Position numbers and translations under genes: made by a program. Shown piece by piece: positions 56,434 through 64,000 of a stretch of 64,000 nt of DNA. Source of the DNA: Acidiferrobacterales bacterium (GTDB lineage: Bacteria; Pseudomonadota; Gammaproteobacteria; Acidiferrobacterales; SPGG2); NCBI GenBank assembly GCA_964194625.1, contig CAXMNC010000230.1, positions 3,142 to 67,141 on the forward strand, written 5' to 3'. Every line of letters starts with the position of its first letter. Position 1 is the first letter of the stretch. The notes beneath the pieces were generated by a model. It worked only from the letters and a program-made list of their open reading frames with translations, had not been told where the DNA came from and ran no database searches.

Positions 56434-56793
56434 TTAGTGTGTTGTAGTGGCCGCACCGCCGTAAATGAAGCTACCATCTAGAGCGAAAATCCCCACCACT
56501 GCATTTGATTGACCGATAAAACGGGTGTGTACGTAGATCGAGCCGTCGTCCTCGTACTGATAGAAATAGGGCGGCTCGGCCTGCAGATCGTAGAAGCCGG
56601 TGAGCTCACGCATACCCTGCTGGTCGGTCAGCTGCAGTATGTATGTCTCTAGATCAGTCATGTCTACGTATGTCTCTAGATCAGTCATGCCTCTACCACT
56701 ATAGCCTATGGCTTGGGATTGGCTAGATACTGGTAACACAGACCCACGCAAGATGTACGGATTTTCGCGGGAACCTGCGTGAACCCAGCACAA
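56434..56793 (-). CDS. hypothetical protein containing an in-frame 9-aa tandem duplication
   Basis: 119-aa ORF, family unknown. It contains MTDLETYVD/MTDLETYIL, encoded by the 27-nt tandem repeat. The start is uncertain. Confidence 0.4.
   Translation of the reverse strand: MCWVHAGSRENPYILRGSVLPVSSQSQAIGYSGRGMTDLETYVDMTDLETYILQLTDQQGMRELTGFYDLQAEPPYFYQYEDDGSIYVHTRFIGQSNAVVGIFALDGSFIYGGAATTTH
56641..56694. repeat. 27-nt tandem duplication (2 copies)
   Basis: GTATGTCTCTAGATCAGTCATGTCTAC is followed directly by GTATGTCTCTAGATCAGTCATGCCTCT. Confidence 0.85.
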
Positions 56794-57119
56794 CCAGAGG
56801 TTTGTGATCTATAGTTTTAGGCGGGTGTTCAACCGAGGCAATGCACAAATGCAACCGAAAGCAGGCGCAGCCGCCGGCTACAAAAGCAGTGAGCGGCGTA
56901 AATCAATGAGACGCACAAAGGCGGATCGCCGCACCCTAACTCGGGCGCCACGATACTGGTCGTCGCCAGGACGACTGATTTAGCAGACCAAATTCGATCC
57001 AACACCACGTAGGGTTGGGACTCGTAGACAGCGAGGACGTGCCGGATGTCGGTGCGTCGTTTGCTATGCACCGCCGCCTTGAGGGCGTGAAATAGTTTGC
57101 AACCCTGGCCTAGTGTCAC

Positions 57120-57710
57120 TGTAACGCGATTCTTCAAATCTTCGAATCGATTTACAAGTTCGCGTTTCCTGCTTGCACCGGGAAACGGTAGTACTCTCAT
57201 TTTCTTTATGTGCCCCTCGAAGTGCGTTCGGGCAGTGGATTCCGGGATGCGCTTTCGAAAGAAAACCACACACTCAAACGTGCGCTCACCGACCCGCGTA
57301 TCATAAGCGGCATCGGGAATTCATATTCAGACGAAATCCTACTTGCCGCTAGGCTGTCGCCGTTCAAACAAACGCGCATGCTTTCGGGCGATGAGTTTAC
57401 GCGCCTATACCGCGCTGCGGTTGAAACACTGACGTATTGGATCGAGAAGCTGCGTATGGATGTGGGTGATTCTTTTCCGGAGAAGGTAAGCGCTTTTCGT
57501 GAGGGGATGGTGGTGCACGGTCGTTACCGTGAGTCCTGTCGTGTATGCGGCGCTCCGATCCAGTGAATCGTCCATGCAGAGAATGAATGCAATTCCTGCG
57601 CGCGCTGCCAAACTGGCGGTAGGCTTTTGGCAGATCGTGCGCGCTCGCGCCTGCTCAAGGCCAACTGGCCGAAGACGCCGGACGAGCGAGAAGGGCACAG
57701 ACCCTCATGA
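57120..57710 (+). pseudogene. Fpg/Nei family DNA glycosylase (zinc-finger type), decayed
   Basis: H2TH block ENHTLKRALTDPRIISGIGNSYSDEILLAARLSP. The zinc finger CRVCGAPIQ-TGA-IVHAENECNSCARCQTGGRLLADR is split by an in-frame TGA (57564-57566). A further in-frame TAG lies at 57189-57191. No recognisable MPELP N-terminal domain is present upstream. Confidence 0.7.
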
Positions 57711-57801
57711 CCGTGGCCCGGAGCGCATTTGTAGCGTAGGAAATTGGCCCATTCCTTGCAGGGTGCCCTTTGGGTGAATACTAGAAAGGATACGCAAGGA
57801 C

Positions 57802-58065
57802 ATGGTTCTGCCCGTCGAATTGCTCATCGTGGCCGCTGCCACGCTGATTTTTGTGGGATCTGTGCGCTTGTACGCCAGCCATAGGCGCGCCGGAATTGAA
57901 AGCAAACAGGCCATCACCATACCCCCGAAACGACCAGAACGGCGCCTACGAAAGCGCCGTCTACGGACCGATCGCCGTGCATGTATCCGCCTGGAGTCCG
58001 ATAGGCGTCAGGACGGTGGCCGCCGAAGGTCAGATCAATGGGAAGGATATCGAGCCCGGTTCTGA
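57802..58065 (+). CDS. small membrane-anchored Arg-rich protein (paralog B)
   Basis: N-terminal TM LLIVAAATLIFVGSVRL, then PERRLRKRRLRTDRRACIRLESDRRQDGGRRRSDQWEGYRARF. Aligns along its length with ORF 61164-61424. Confidence 0.55.
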   Translation: MVLPVELLIVAAATLIFVGSVRLYASHRRAGIESKQAITIPPKRPERRLRKRRLRTDRRACIRLESDRRQDGGRRRSDQWEGYRARF

Positions 58066-58424
58066 CCGACCTACGGGCTTGGCTGGCCTCCCGTAAGGCC
58101 CGCCGATCAGCTTTACTTGAGCCTGACACGTTTCGCGTCCCCTCCCATCGTTTATGGAATTACTCCAACGCATCTGCGACTTGCCCCAGTGGTCGCTGTC
58201 CGACAGTGCCACAGCCGTTATCCAGCAATTCTGGGCGGGTTTGATCCCCCCTCAGACAAGGTATTGCTGCTCTCCGAGGGTGTTAAGTGGGTACCGGTCG
58301 GTGAGCGCATCATCCAACAGTGGTAATTCGGCTCGGCAATATCCTTTATTTCCACGCCCGATCGTATATACCTTTTAGAAGCAGGTGGGTTACGTAGGCC
58401 ACGCGCGACTCGCCAACTCAGCAC

Positions 58425-61028
58425 TTGCTTTCAATCACTCGCTCGGTCGTGGTGGCGGAGTTGGTATGCTCACGTCCGCCGCGCGCCAAATGGGGTCGCC
58501 AAGGGATAGCCGTGAAAACAGCCTTCTGGAAAAAAGACTGGTTTATCGGCCTCGCCGTCACCCTACTCTTTGTACTTCTGGCGGATACACACCCGTTGCA
58601 CTACCTCGACATGAAGGCCTATGACGTTGGTGTGTGGTCTTCTTTAGAACGCACTGCTAATGACAACATTGTTGTCATCGCCATTGACGATACTTCCATC
58701 GAGCGTATTGGGCAATGGCCGTGGTCACGAAGTGTTCTCGCTGACGTCAATCAGCATCTTGTCGCGGCACGCCCGGCCGTCATCGGTTATACCTTATCTT
58801 TTGACACCGGTCAGAATGACCACGGCCTCGCGGTCTTGCGTGATCTTCGAGATTCGAACAAAAAATCGCTAAGCAAGAAAGCCGATGCGTTGCTCAAGAA
58901 AGCAATAGGCCGGATTGATAGCGACCGTCGATTGGCGGCCAGCTTTAGAAAATCAGGAAATGTCGTGCTTGCCATGCCCTATGAAGTGGGACGCGAGGCG
59001 ACTGGAGCTAAACTGTCGAAAACGCTGCAGAAGCATACTCTTAGTATCGATAACAACCCCACGCCACTAAATCTTGCCGGCCTACCGGGTTTTATCCTAA
59101 ATCCTGATGCGTTGTCGGTCGAACGACTGCATGTGCCGATCCCGGTATTTAGCCGAGCGGCGGCTGGAATGGGTCTAGGCGCACAGGTATCGCCACGACA
59201 GGCCAATATCTCGAGTGTGCCGTTAGTCATGGCCTATGGTGAGCATTATTTGCCTTCGTTCTCGCTTGCTATGGCAGCCCAAGGTTTGGGTTTGAAGCAT
59301 AACGATCTGAAAGTGGATTTGGGTGGCCGCGTAAAGTTGGGCGCGGACTGGATGGCGACCGATGCAAGGTTGCGGGCCTATCCCTTTTTCTACAAAATGC
59401 GCGACGACAGCTCGCCGTTTAAGGTTTTTTCTTTTCGCGATGTGCAAAAACGCAAAGTGCCGCTGAAGGTGTTTCGCGACAAATTAGTATTGATTGGCCT
59501 GACTAGCAGCAGCCTTACGAAGGCATTGGTGACGCCGATCGGCGAGTCCATGGCGCCAGTGATGGTGATGGCGCACACGATATCGAGTCTCTTAAACGGT
59601 GATCTGTATGATGCCTCCAGCCTCACAAGGTGGGGGCGGATGATCGGCTTTCTACTTGTGGCCTTCTATCTCATGTTTATTCTGCCGCGTCTCAGACTCG
59701 GAACCGGTCTCGCCGTAAGCGGGCTAATGTTGATCGCACTTTTCAATGCCCACCTAGTGTTGATGACATTGAAATCCATGTGGGTGCCATTGATGGTTCC
59801 GGCGATAGCTCTGATCACCGGACACCTGTTGTTGGCTGGCAAGCGCATGCTCCACGATAGGGTGGCTGCATATAAGGTCGAGCTTGCCGAGTCCAATCGT
59901 ATGCTTGGGCTTTCGTTCCAGTCGCAGGGACATTTAGACATGGCATTCGATAAGTTTCGCAGGTGCCCAGTTGACCACTCGATGATGGAGCTGCTCTACA
60001 ATCTTGGGCTCGATTACGAACGCAAGCAGCAATTCAACAAAGCGCACAATGTGTATCAGCATCTAGCAGAGCATGATTCCAAGTTTCGAGACATCAAAGA
60101 GCGCCTGACTCGAAGTAAGGCGGTAGGGGAGACCGGTGTTTTCGTCGGTGGTGTCGGTGGAGCAGGGGCTGGTACCTTAATCGTTGATGGCGAAGGCCTG
60201 CAAAAACCAATGTTGGGGCGCTACGAAATCGAAAAGGAACTGGGCAAGGGCGCAATGGGTGTCGTCTATATAGGTAAAGACCCCAAGATCAGTCGCGTTC
60301 TAGCCATCAAGACATTGGCGTTGTCTCAAGAATTTGAGGGCGACAAACTAGTAGAGGTCAAAGAGCGATTCTTCCGGGAGGCTAAAACAGCCGGGCGTCT
60401 AAACCACCCCAATATCGTAACTATCTACGATGTGGGTGAGGAACAGGACCTTGCCTATATCGCCATGGACTATGTGCAGGGTGAAGACCTATCTTTGCAT
60501 TGCGAACCTGACAAGCTCCTATCGGTCGAGGAAGTGATGGAGATTACGGCTCAGGTAGCCGAGGCGTTGAACTATGCGCACGATCAGCAGGTTGTACACC
60601 GAGATATTAAACCTGCCAATATTATCTATGATCGGGAAAATGGTATCGCCAAGGTAACGGACTTTGGTATTGCCTGTCTCACCGACACCAGGAATACGAA
60701 AACCGGTGTTGTGTTAGGGACACCTTCCTATATGTCACCACAACAGCTCAGCGGCCAACGGGTAGATGGACGCTCGGATTTGTTCTCTCTTGGCGTTACA
60801 TTCTATGAACTGCTCACGGGAGAGCTACCCTTCGATGGCGAGTCGCTTTCTACTCTCGTTTACAATATTGCTAACAAGAAGCACCGGGATGTTCGCAAGG
60901 TACGCTCAGGACTTCCCCCGTGTGTGGCGCAAATAGTCAACAAGGCTTTACACAAGGATCTAAAAAAGCGCTTCCAGACGGGTAGCGACATGGCCGAGGC
61001 GTTGCGAAATTGCCAAGAAAAGATGTGA
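58425..61028 (+). CDS. CHASE2 sensor domain Ser/Thr protein kinase
   Basis: CHASE2 pattern FWKKDWFIGL...VVIAIDDTSIERIGQWPWSRS, TM helices, and Hanks kinase motifs GKGAMGVVY, AIK, HRDIKPAN, DFGIA, GTPSYMSPQ. A more likely start is GTG 58512, preceded by AAGGGA. Confidence 0.9.
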   Translation: MLSITRSVVVAELVCSRPPRAKWGRQGIAVKTAFWKKDWFIGLAVTLLFVLLADTHPLHYLDMKAYDVGVWSSLERTANDNIVVIAIDDTSIERIGQWPWSRSVLADVNQHLVAARPAVIGYTLSFDTGQNDHGLAVLRDLRDSNKKSLSKKADALLKKAIGRIDSDRRLAASFRKSGNVVLAMPYEVGREATGAKLSKTLQKHTLSIDNNPTPLNLAGLPGFILNPDALSVERLHVPIPVFSRAAAGMGLGAQVSPRQANISSVPLVMAYGEHYLPSFSLAMAAQGLGLKHNDLKVDLGGRVKLGADWMATDARLRAYPFFYKMRDDSSPFKVFSFRDVQKRKVPLKVFRDKLVLIGLTSSSLTKALVTPIGESMAPVMVMAHTISSLLNGDLYDASSLTRWGRMIGFLLVAFYLMFILPRLRLGTGLAVSGLMLIALFNAHLVLMTLKSMWVPLMVPAIALITGHLLLAGKRMLHDRVAAYKVELAESNRMLGLSFQSQGHLDMAFDKFRRCPVDHSMMELLYNLGLDYERKQQFNKAHNVYQHLAEHDSKFRDIKERLTRSKAVGETGVFVGGVGGAGAGTLIVDGEGLQKPMLGRYEIEKELGKGAMGVVYIGKDPKISRVLAIKTLALSQEFEGDKLVEVKERFFREAKTAGRLNHPNIVTIYDVGEEQDLAYIAMDYVQGEDLSLHCEPDKLLSVEEVMEITAQVAEALNYAHDQQVVHRDIKPANIIYDRENGIAKVTDFGIACLTDTRNTKTGVVLGTPSYMSPQQLSGQRVDGRSDLFSLGVTFYELLTGELPFDGESLSTLVYNIANKKHRDVRKVRSGLPPCVAQIVNKALHKDLKKRFQTGSDMAEALRNCQEKM

Positions 61029-61163
61029 TAATGCTTTGAATAACATGGGAGCTAACCTCGAGGTTGACCGGCTTGACATCGCACATCGTTGGGATTAGGT
61101 TCCCAAGCTGGAAAGGAGCCAGTGTGAACCGCCATGGATGCACACCTGTGAGGGCTGGGGCTC

Positions 61164-61424
61164 GTGTTGTTACTAATCAAAGTGCTCATTGCTGTTGGTG
61201 CGATTTTGGTGTTCTTTGGTTTCGTTCGCATGCTTGCAACTAGCAAACGCAGCCAAAAATCACCGATCCCCAGACCAGTGCGAAAGCTTGAACGGCGGCT
61301 CGTGCAGCGTCGAATGACTACCCAGCGGCGAACGTCGGTACGTTTGGAAACGGACTCAGATCGTCGCCATGGTACAGGCCGCCGTGGTGGCGATAGCTGG
61401 GACGCAGCTAGGTCCAGATTTTGA
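61164..61424 (+). CDS. small membrane-anchored Arg-rich protein (paralog C)
   Basis: N-terminal TM VLIAVGAILVFFGFVRM, then LERRLVQRRMTTQRRTSVRLETDSDRRHGTGRRGGDSWDAARSRF. Confidence 0.55.
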   Translation: MLLLIKVLIAVGAILVFFGFVRMLATSKRSQKSPIPRPVRKLERRLVQRRMTTQRRTSVRLETDSDRRHGTGRRGGDSWDAARSRF

Positions 61425-61542
61425 TGACCGCCGGCTTTTAAGTATGCTTTATTGTAGTGCTTGTCGAATCCTGAGAATTTAGTCTCCTGCCATTACTTAT
61501 TTAAATAGTGCACTGCGACTGTAAGGCATTCGTGCTCGGTAT

Positions 61543-63063
61543 ATGTTTATGCTCGCTGGCAGACACATAATCACCGTCACTTTGGTGTGTCTGTTGAATG
61601 GCTGCGATGTTTCAGTCGAAAATCGCACGCCTTCTGCGTTCGACAGCACGCCTGAAGACGTGTATCCCCTTACCGCCCGTGTGAAGCGCGGGTTACTTGT
61701 CTATAGCCTGAACACGGATGTGACCGTGGATGGCCGACGGCAGGATATGACTAGTAGCGGTGGCACGATCTGGCGCTATGACCATGCTGCATCATGTAAG
61801 TCAAGCGTGGATTTCTTCTACGACGTCAACTACTACTGGCTGATGCTGTTCTTGCCGACATCAGAACATAAACGATTTCCATCTTCTGACATCATTCGTG
61901 CAGATATTGTACGGCAGCCATCCTCGCTAGCGCTTAGCGGTTCAGATGTCGCAGTTGGCGACACCGTCCAGTTCAGCGCTACTATCAAAGACGCAGCGGG
62001 TTGTGATCTCGGCAGCGCGAACGCGGGGTGGAGCAGTGATGATCCGAATATCGCATCTGTTGATGCAAGCGGTCTGGTCAGAGGTGAATCATTGGGTTCA
62101 ACTACGATTCACGCCAGCCCTGCCAGTATCAATGCGAGCGCGCCTGTGATCGTGTATGTACAGGGTAACGATCAAATTGCTTTGCAAAATAACATAAGCA
62201 ATGACAATGCGGTGGTGCTATTGGATGGAAAGCAACCATCGGGTTGTGTGAATGATGACGTGTATAGAGGTAGTACGGGGGTTGATGTCGACAACGTGTT
62301 GCCGAGTAATGGTTGCAGTTCGGAAGTAGTCGTCATGTCGGATGACAACGCCTTGGAAGTCGTTAGTCCCCTCAGTCTGTGGACGGAAGCCGCAGGTGAC
62401 CAATTAACAGTCGACCTAAAAGATCCGCTTTCGTTGTCGCTTAGAATCTGGAGCGTGCATGGCGACCACCAATTGGTGCAGCAAAAGGCGGAGGTAGATC
62501 TTATCTGGGCAAATGTAACCTTTGGCGATAGCCATGCCGGCATCATATTTCCGGCCGAGTTTACTGATAAGACTGGTGACGCTGATCCCGCGAAGAGCTA
62601 CGCATACTGCAACCTTCACATGGATATTATGCAGGACATTGGCTATGAGCCTGGCAAACTGAACGTCTACTATGTGGATCGTGTGCTTCAAACTAGCGCT
62701 AACGCAGTTGGTGCCTGGTGCGGGACCTTCGGCATGGGCGGCATCATTCTCATAGAGAACACGGCACCTATATCGACACTTGCGCATGAGCTAGGGCACG
62801 CCTTATCACTTCAGCATGTCGATGCCGTAGATCTCGATGCGGATGGCAACCCGGATTTTGAGATGTGGACGAATGTCATGTTGACGGGTTCGGATCCGGC
62901 GATTACTCCAACCTTTACGGAGGGACAGGCATTTCGCGTCAATGTCAACGAAATATCGTTTCTTAATGCGATTGGTGTCCGCAGCGGTGTTACGCGAAAC
63001 TGTGCTGTGGGTGAGCATAATCGCACATGCCCAGCCGTCACCCTCGATTTTCCGAACGACTAG
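61543..63063 (+). CDS. lipoprotein with Big_2-like Ig domain and metzincin-like zinc protease motif
   Basis: Lipobox LLNGCDV, Big_2-like block VGDTVQFSATIKDAAG...SSDDPNIASVDASGLVRGESLGSTTIHAS, and zinc motif HELGHALSLQH (HExxHxxSxxH). Confidence 0.75.
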   Translation: MFMLAGRHIITVTLVCLLNGCDVSVENRTPSAFDSTPEDVYPLTARVKRGLLVYSLNTDVTVDGRRQDMTSSGGTIWRYDHAASCKSSVDFFYDVNYYWLMLFLPTSEHKRFPSSDIIRADIVRQPSSLALSGSDVAVGDTVQFSATIKDAAGCDLGSANAGWSSDDPNIASVDASGLVRGESLGSTTIHASPASINASAPVIVYVQGNDQIALQNNISNDNAVVLLDGKQPSGCVNDDVYRGSTGVDVDNVLPSNGCSSEVVVMSDDNALEVVSPLSLWTEAAGDQLTVDLKDPLSLSLRIWSVHGDHQLVQQKAEVDLIWANVTFGDSHAGIIFPAEFTDKTGDADPAKSYAYCNLHMDIMQDIGYEPGKLNVYYVDRVLQTSANAVGAWCGTFGMGGIILIENTAPISTLAHELGHALSLQHVDAVDLDADGNPDFEMWTNVMLTGSDPAITPTFTEGQAFRVNVNEISFLNAIGVRSGVTRNCAVGEHNRTCPAVTLDFPND

Positions 63064-63075
63064 GTGCAGGGGACC

Positions 63076-63582
63076 ATGTTAAACCGCAAACTAATGACAA
63101 TCGCAATGGCTTGTTGGCTAGTGGGGTTAACAGAGTTGGCGGCTGCAGCGGCCGATGGGCCGGAAGACGCACGGCTGGCGATCACAAACTGGATTCGTTG
63201 CATTGAGTGCGCAGATGGAGAGTTGGATCGGTTGACCAAATTCGGCCAGGTGATCGTGCCTCATTTGTCTACGATGTTGGCCGGTGGCCCAGCCCAATCG
63301 GCACGCGAGCATGTGCAACAGCTAAGCATAGTGACCCATGAAAGACTTAACGCGTATGCGAAACAAAATCAGCACTCACGATTCTCGATGGATAGAGAGG
63401 TCTTCCTAAAAATATATTTTGACAATTTTGTCTTTCATTATCGGAGCCGCGCAGCACACGCGCTGGCAGCGATCGGTGGAGACAGAGCAGAACAAGCACT
63501 TGCAGAGGCGCTAGAGACAGCCGCGCATCCCCGCCTCAAGGCGCAACTTCAAAGCCTACTCGAGCAGGTAAGATCGAACTAA
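63076..63582 (+). CDS. exported HEAT/PBS-lyase-repeat-like protein
   Basis: Signal-like N-terminus, then an all-helical sequence with AAHALAAIGGDRAEQALAEALE, which resembles a HEAT repeat. It begins immediately after the protease gene. Confidence 0.55.
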   Translation: MLNRKLMTIAMACWLVGLTELAAAAADGPEDARLAITNWIRCIECADGELDRLTKFGQVIVPHLSTMLAGGPAQSAREHVQQLSIVTHERLNAYAKQNQHSRFSMDREVFLKIYFDNFVFHYRSRAAHALAAIGGDRAEQALAEALETAAHPRLKAQLQSLLEQVRSN

Positions 63583-63599
63583 GACACGACTAGGCATCG

Positions 63600-64000
63600 T
63601 TATTCGACGATCGCAAAGACTAGTCGATACTGTGCCACGCCTTCGAAGTCAGACAAGAATTTCTTGAACCTAACTTTGAAATTCGTTTGCTTTCCGGAGC
63701 GAATGCTTGCGATGGCGCGTGTAACAGACTGAGCATCGGATTCAGCCGCTACTAGGCGGCCCTTGGGGTCGAATAGAGCGATACCGATATGACCCTTCAC
63801 CGCCTTGGGTGTCCTATTCCAGACGATGACCAGCGCTTCGTCGCCGGAAAAGCTAATGCTTTCCAGCTTGACGCCCTTATGATCAAGCGCCAGTTCTACT
63901 GGCTTGTCGACGATCACCTTGCCGGTATGGGAAATACGACTGAAATTCTTGGGCGCCTCCGCCGCCTTGGCACTAGGTATTACGAACACGGCAGTAACCG
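63600..64000 (-). CDS. hypothetical exported protein, 5' end probably beyond the window
   Basis: The ORF stays open to the window edge. The visible N-terminal part (VFVIPSAKAAEAP) looks like the end of a signal peptide. No family recognised. Confidence 0.5.
   Translation of the reverse strand, partial: VTAVFVIPSAKAAEAPKNFSRISHTGKVIVDKPVELALDHKGVKLESISFSGDEALVIVWNRTPKAVKGHIGIALFDPKGRLVAAESDAQSVTRAIASIRSGKQTNFKVRFKKFLSDFEGVAQYRLVFAIVE

Noticed and set aside
56829-57269. 146-aa minus-strand ORF as a real gene
   Set aside because: It has no recognisable family. It lies antisense to the decayed Fpg/Nei-like reading frames, so it is most simply a shadow ORF. It is kept only as a caveat.
1-64000. 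CRISPR arrays, IS elements/transposases, intact prophage, rRNA or complete tRNA genes
   Set aside because: No regularly spaced direct repeats, no transposase-like ORFs, no phage structural genes and no rRNA-like sequence were seen on either strand.

Overview
Chromosomal segment that looks proteobacterial, probably gammaproteobacterial; this is a guess from gene content (DUF4124, Uup, PbpG, GcvA-type LysR, DUF3391-HD-GYP). It is a mosaic of short housekeeping and accessory operons. Recognisable content: an orphan non-Pyl MttB-family methyltransferase beside a FAD oxidoreductase; ArsR plus SRPBCC; an HD-GYP phosphodiesterase; a polyphosphate block (ppk1, ppk2, SixA-like phosphatase); an NPP-type phosphodiesterase; cNMP-binding proteins; an FHA-GGDEF protein with a degenerate active site; MFS; Uup; two paralogous cold-shock genes with conserved long leaders; an RRM protein; YcaQ-type and Fpg-type glycosylases; PbpG; rhomboid; GloA and GloB; a LOG-family protein; a PLP decarboxylase; LysR, TetR and ArsR regulators; and a CHASE2 Ser/Thr kinase. 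I found no rRNA, intact tRNA, CRISPR array, IS element or intact prophage. Four things stand out. (1) Two orphan MotA/ExbB-type stator-like modules have no flagellar, Tol or Ton context. One (26.3-30.2 kb) pairs coiled-coil-extended MotA- and MotB/OmpA-like subunits with a DRG-type GTPase. The other (38.0-39.9 kb) is a translationally coupled three-gene module that ends at a truncated integrase remnant. (2) A family of three small Arg-rich proteins shares a DRR-G-GRR-D-W motif, and two membrane-anchored copies flank the CHASE2 kinase. (3) Decayed genes are unusually dense: in-frame stops, frameshifts, truncations, and a tRNA-Lys 3' fragment. (4) Direct csp repeats bracket a 6.5-kb segment that contains the integrase scar. 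All family assignments come from reading motifs by eye; no searches were run.
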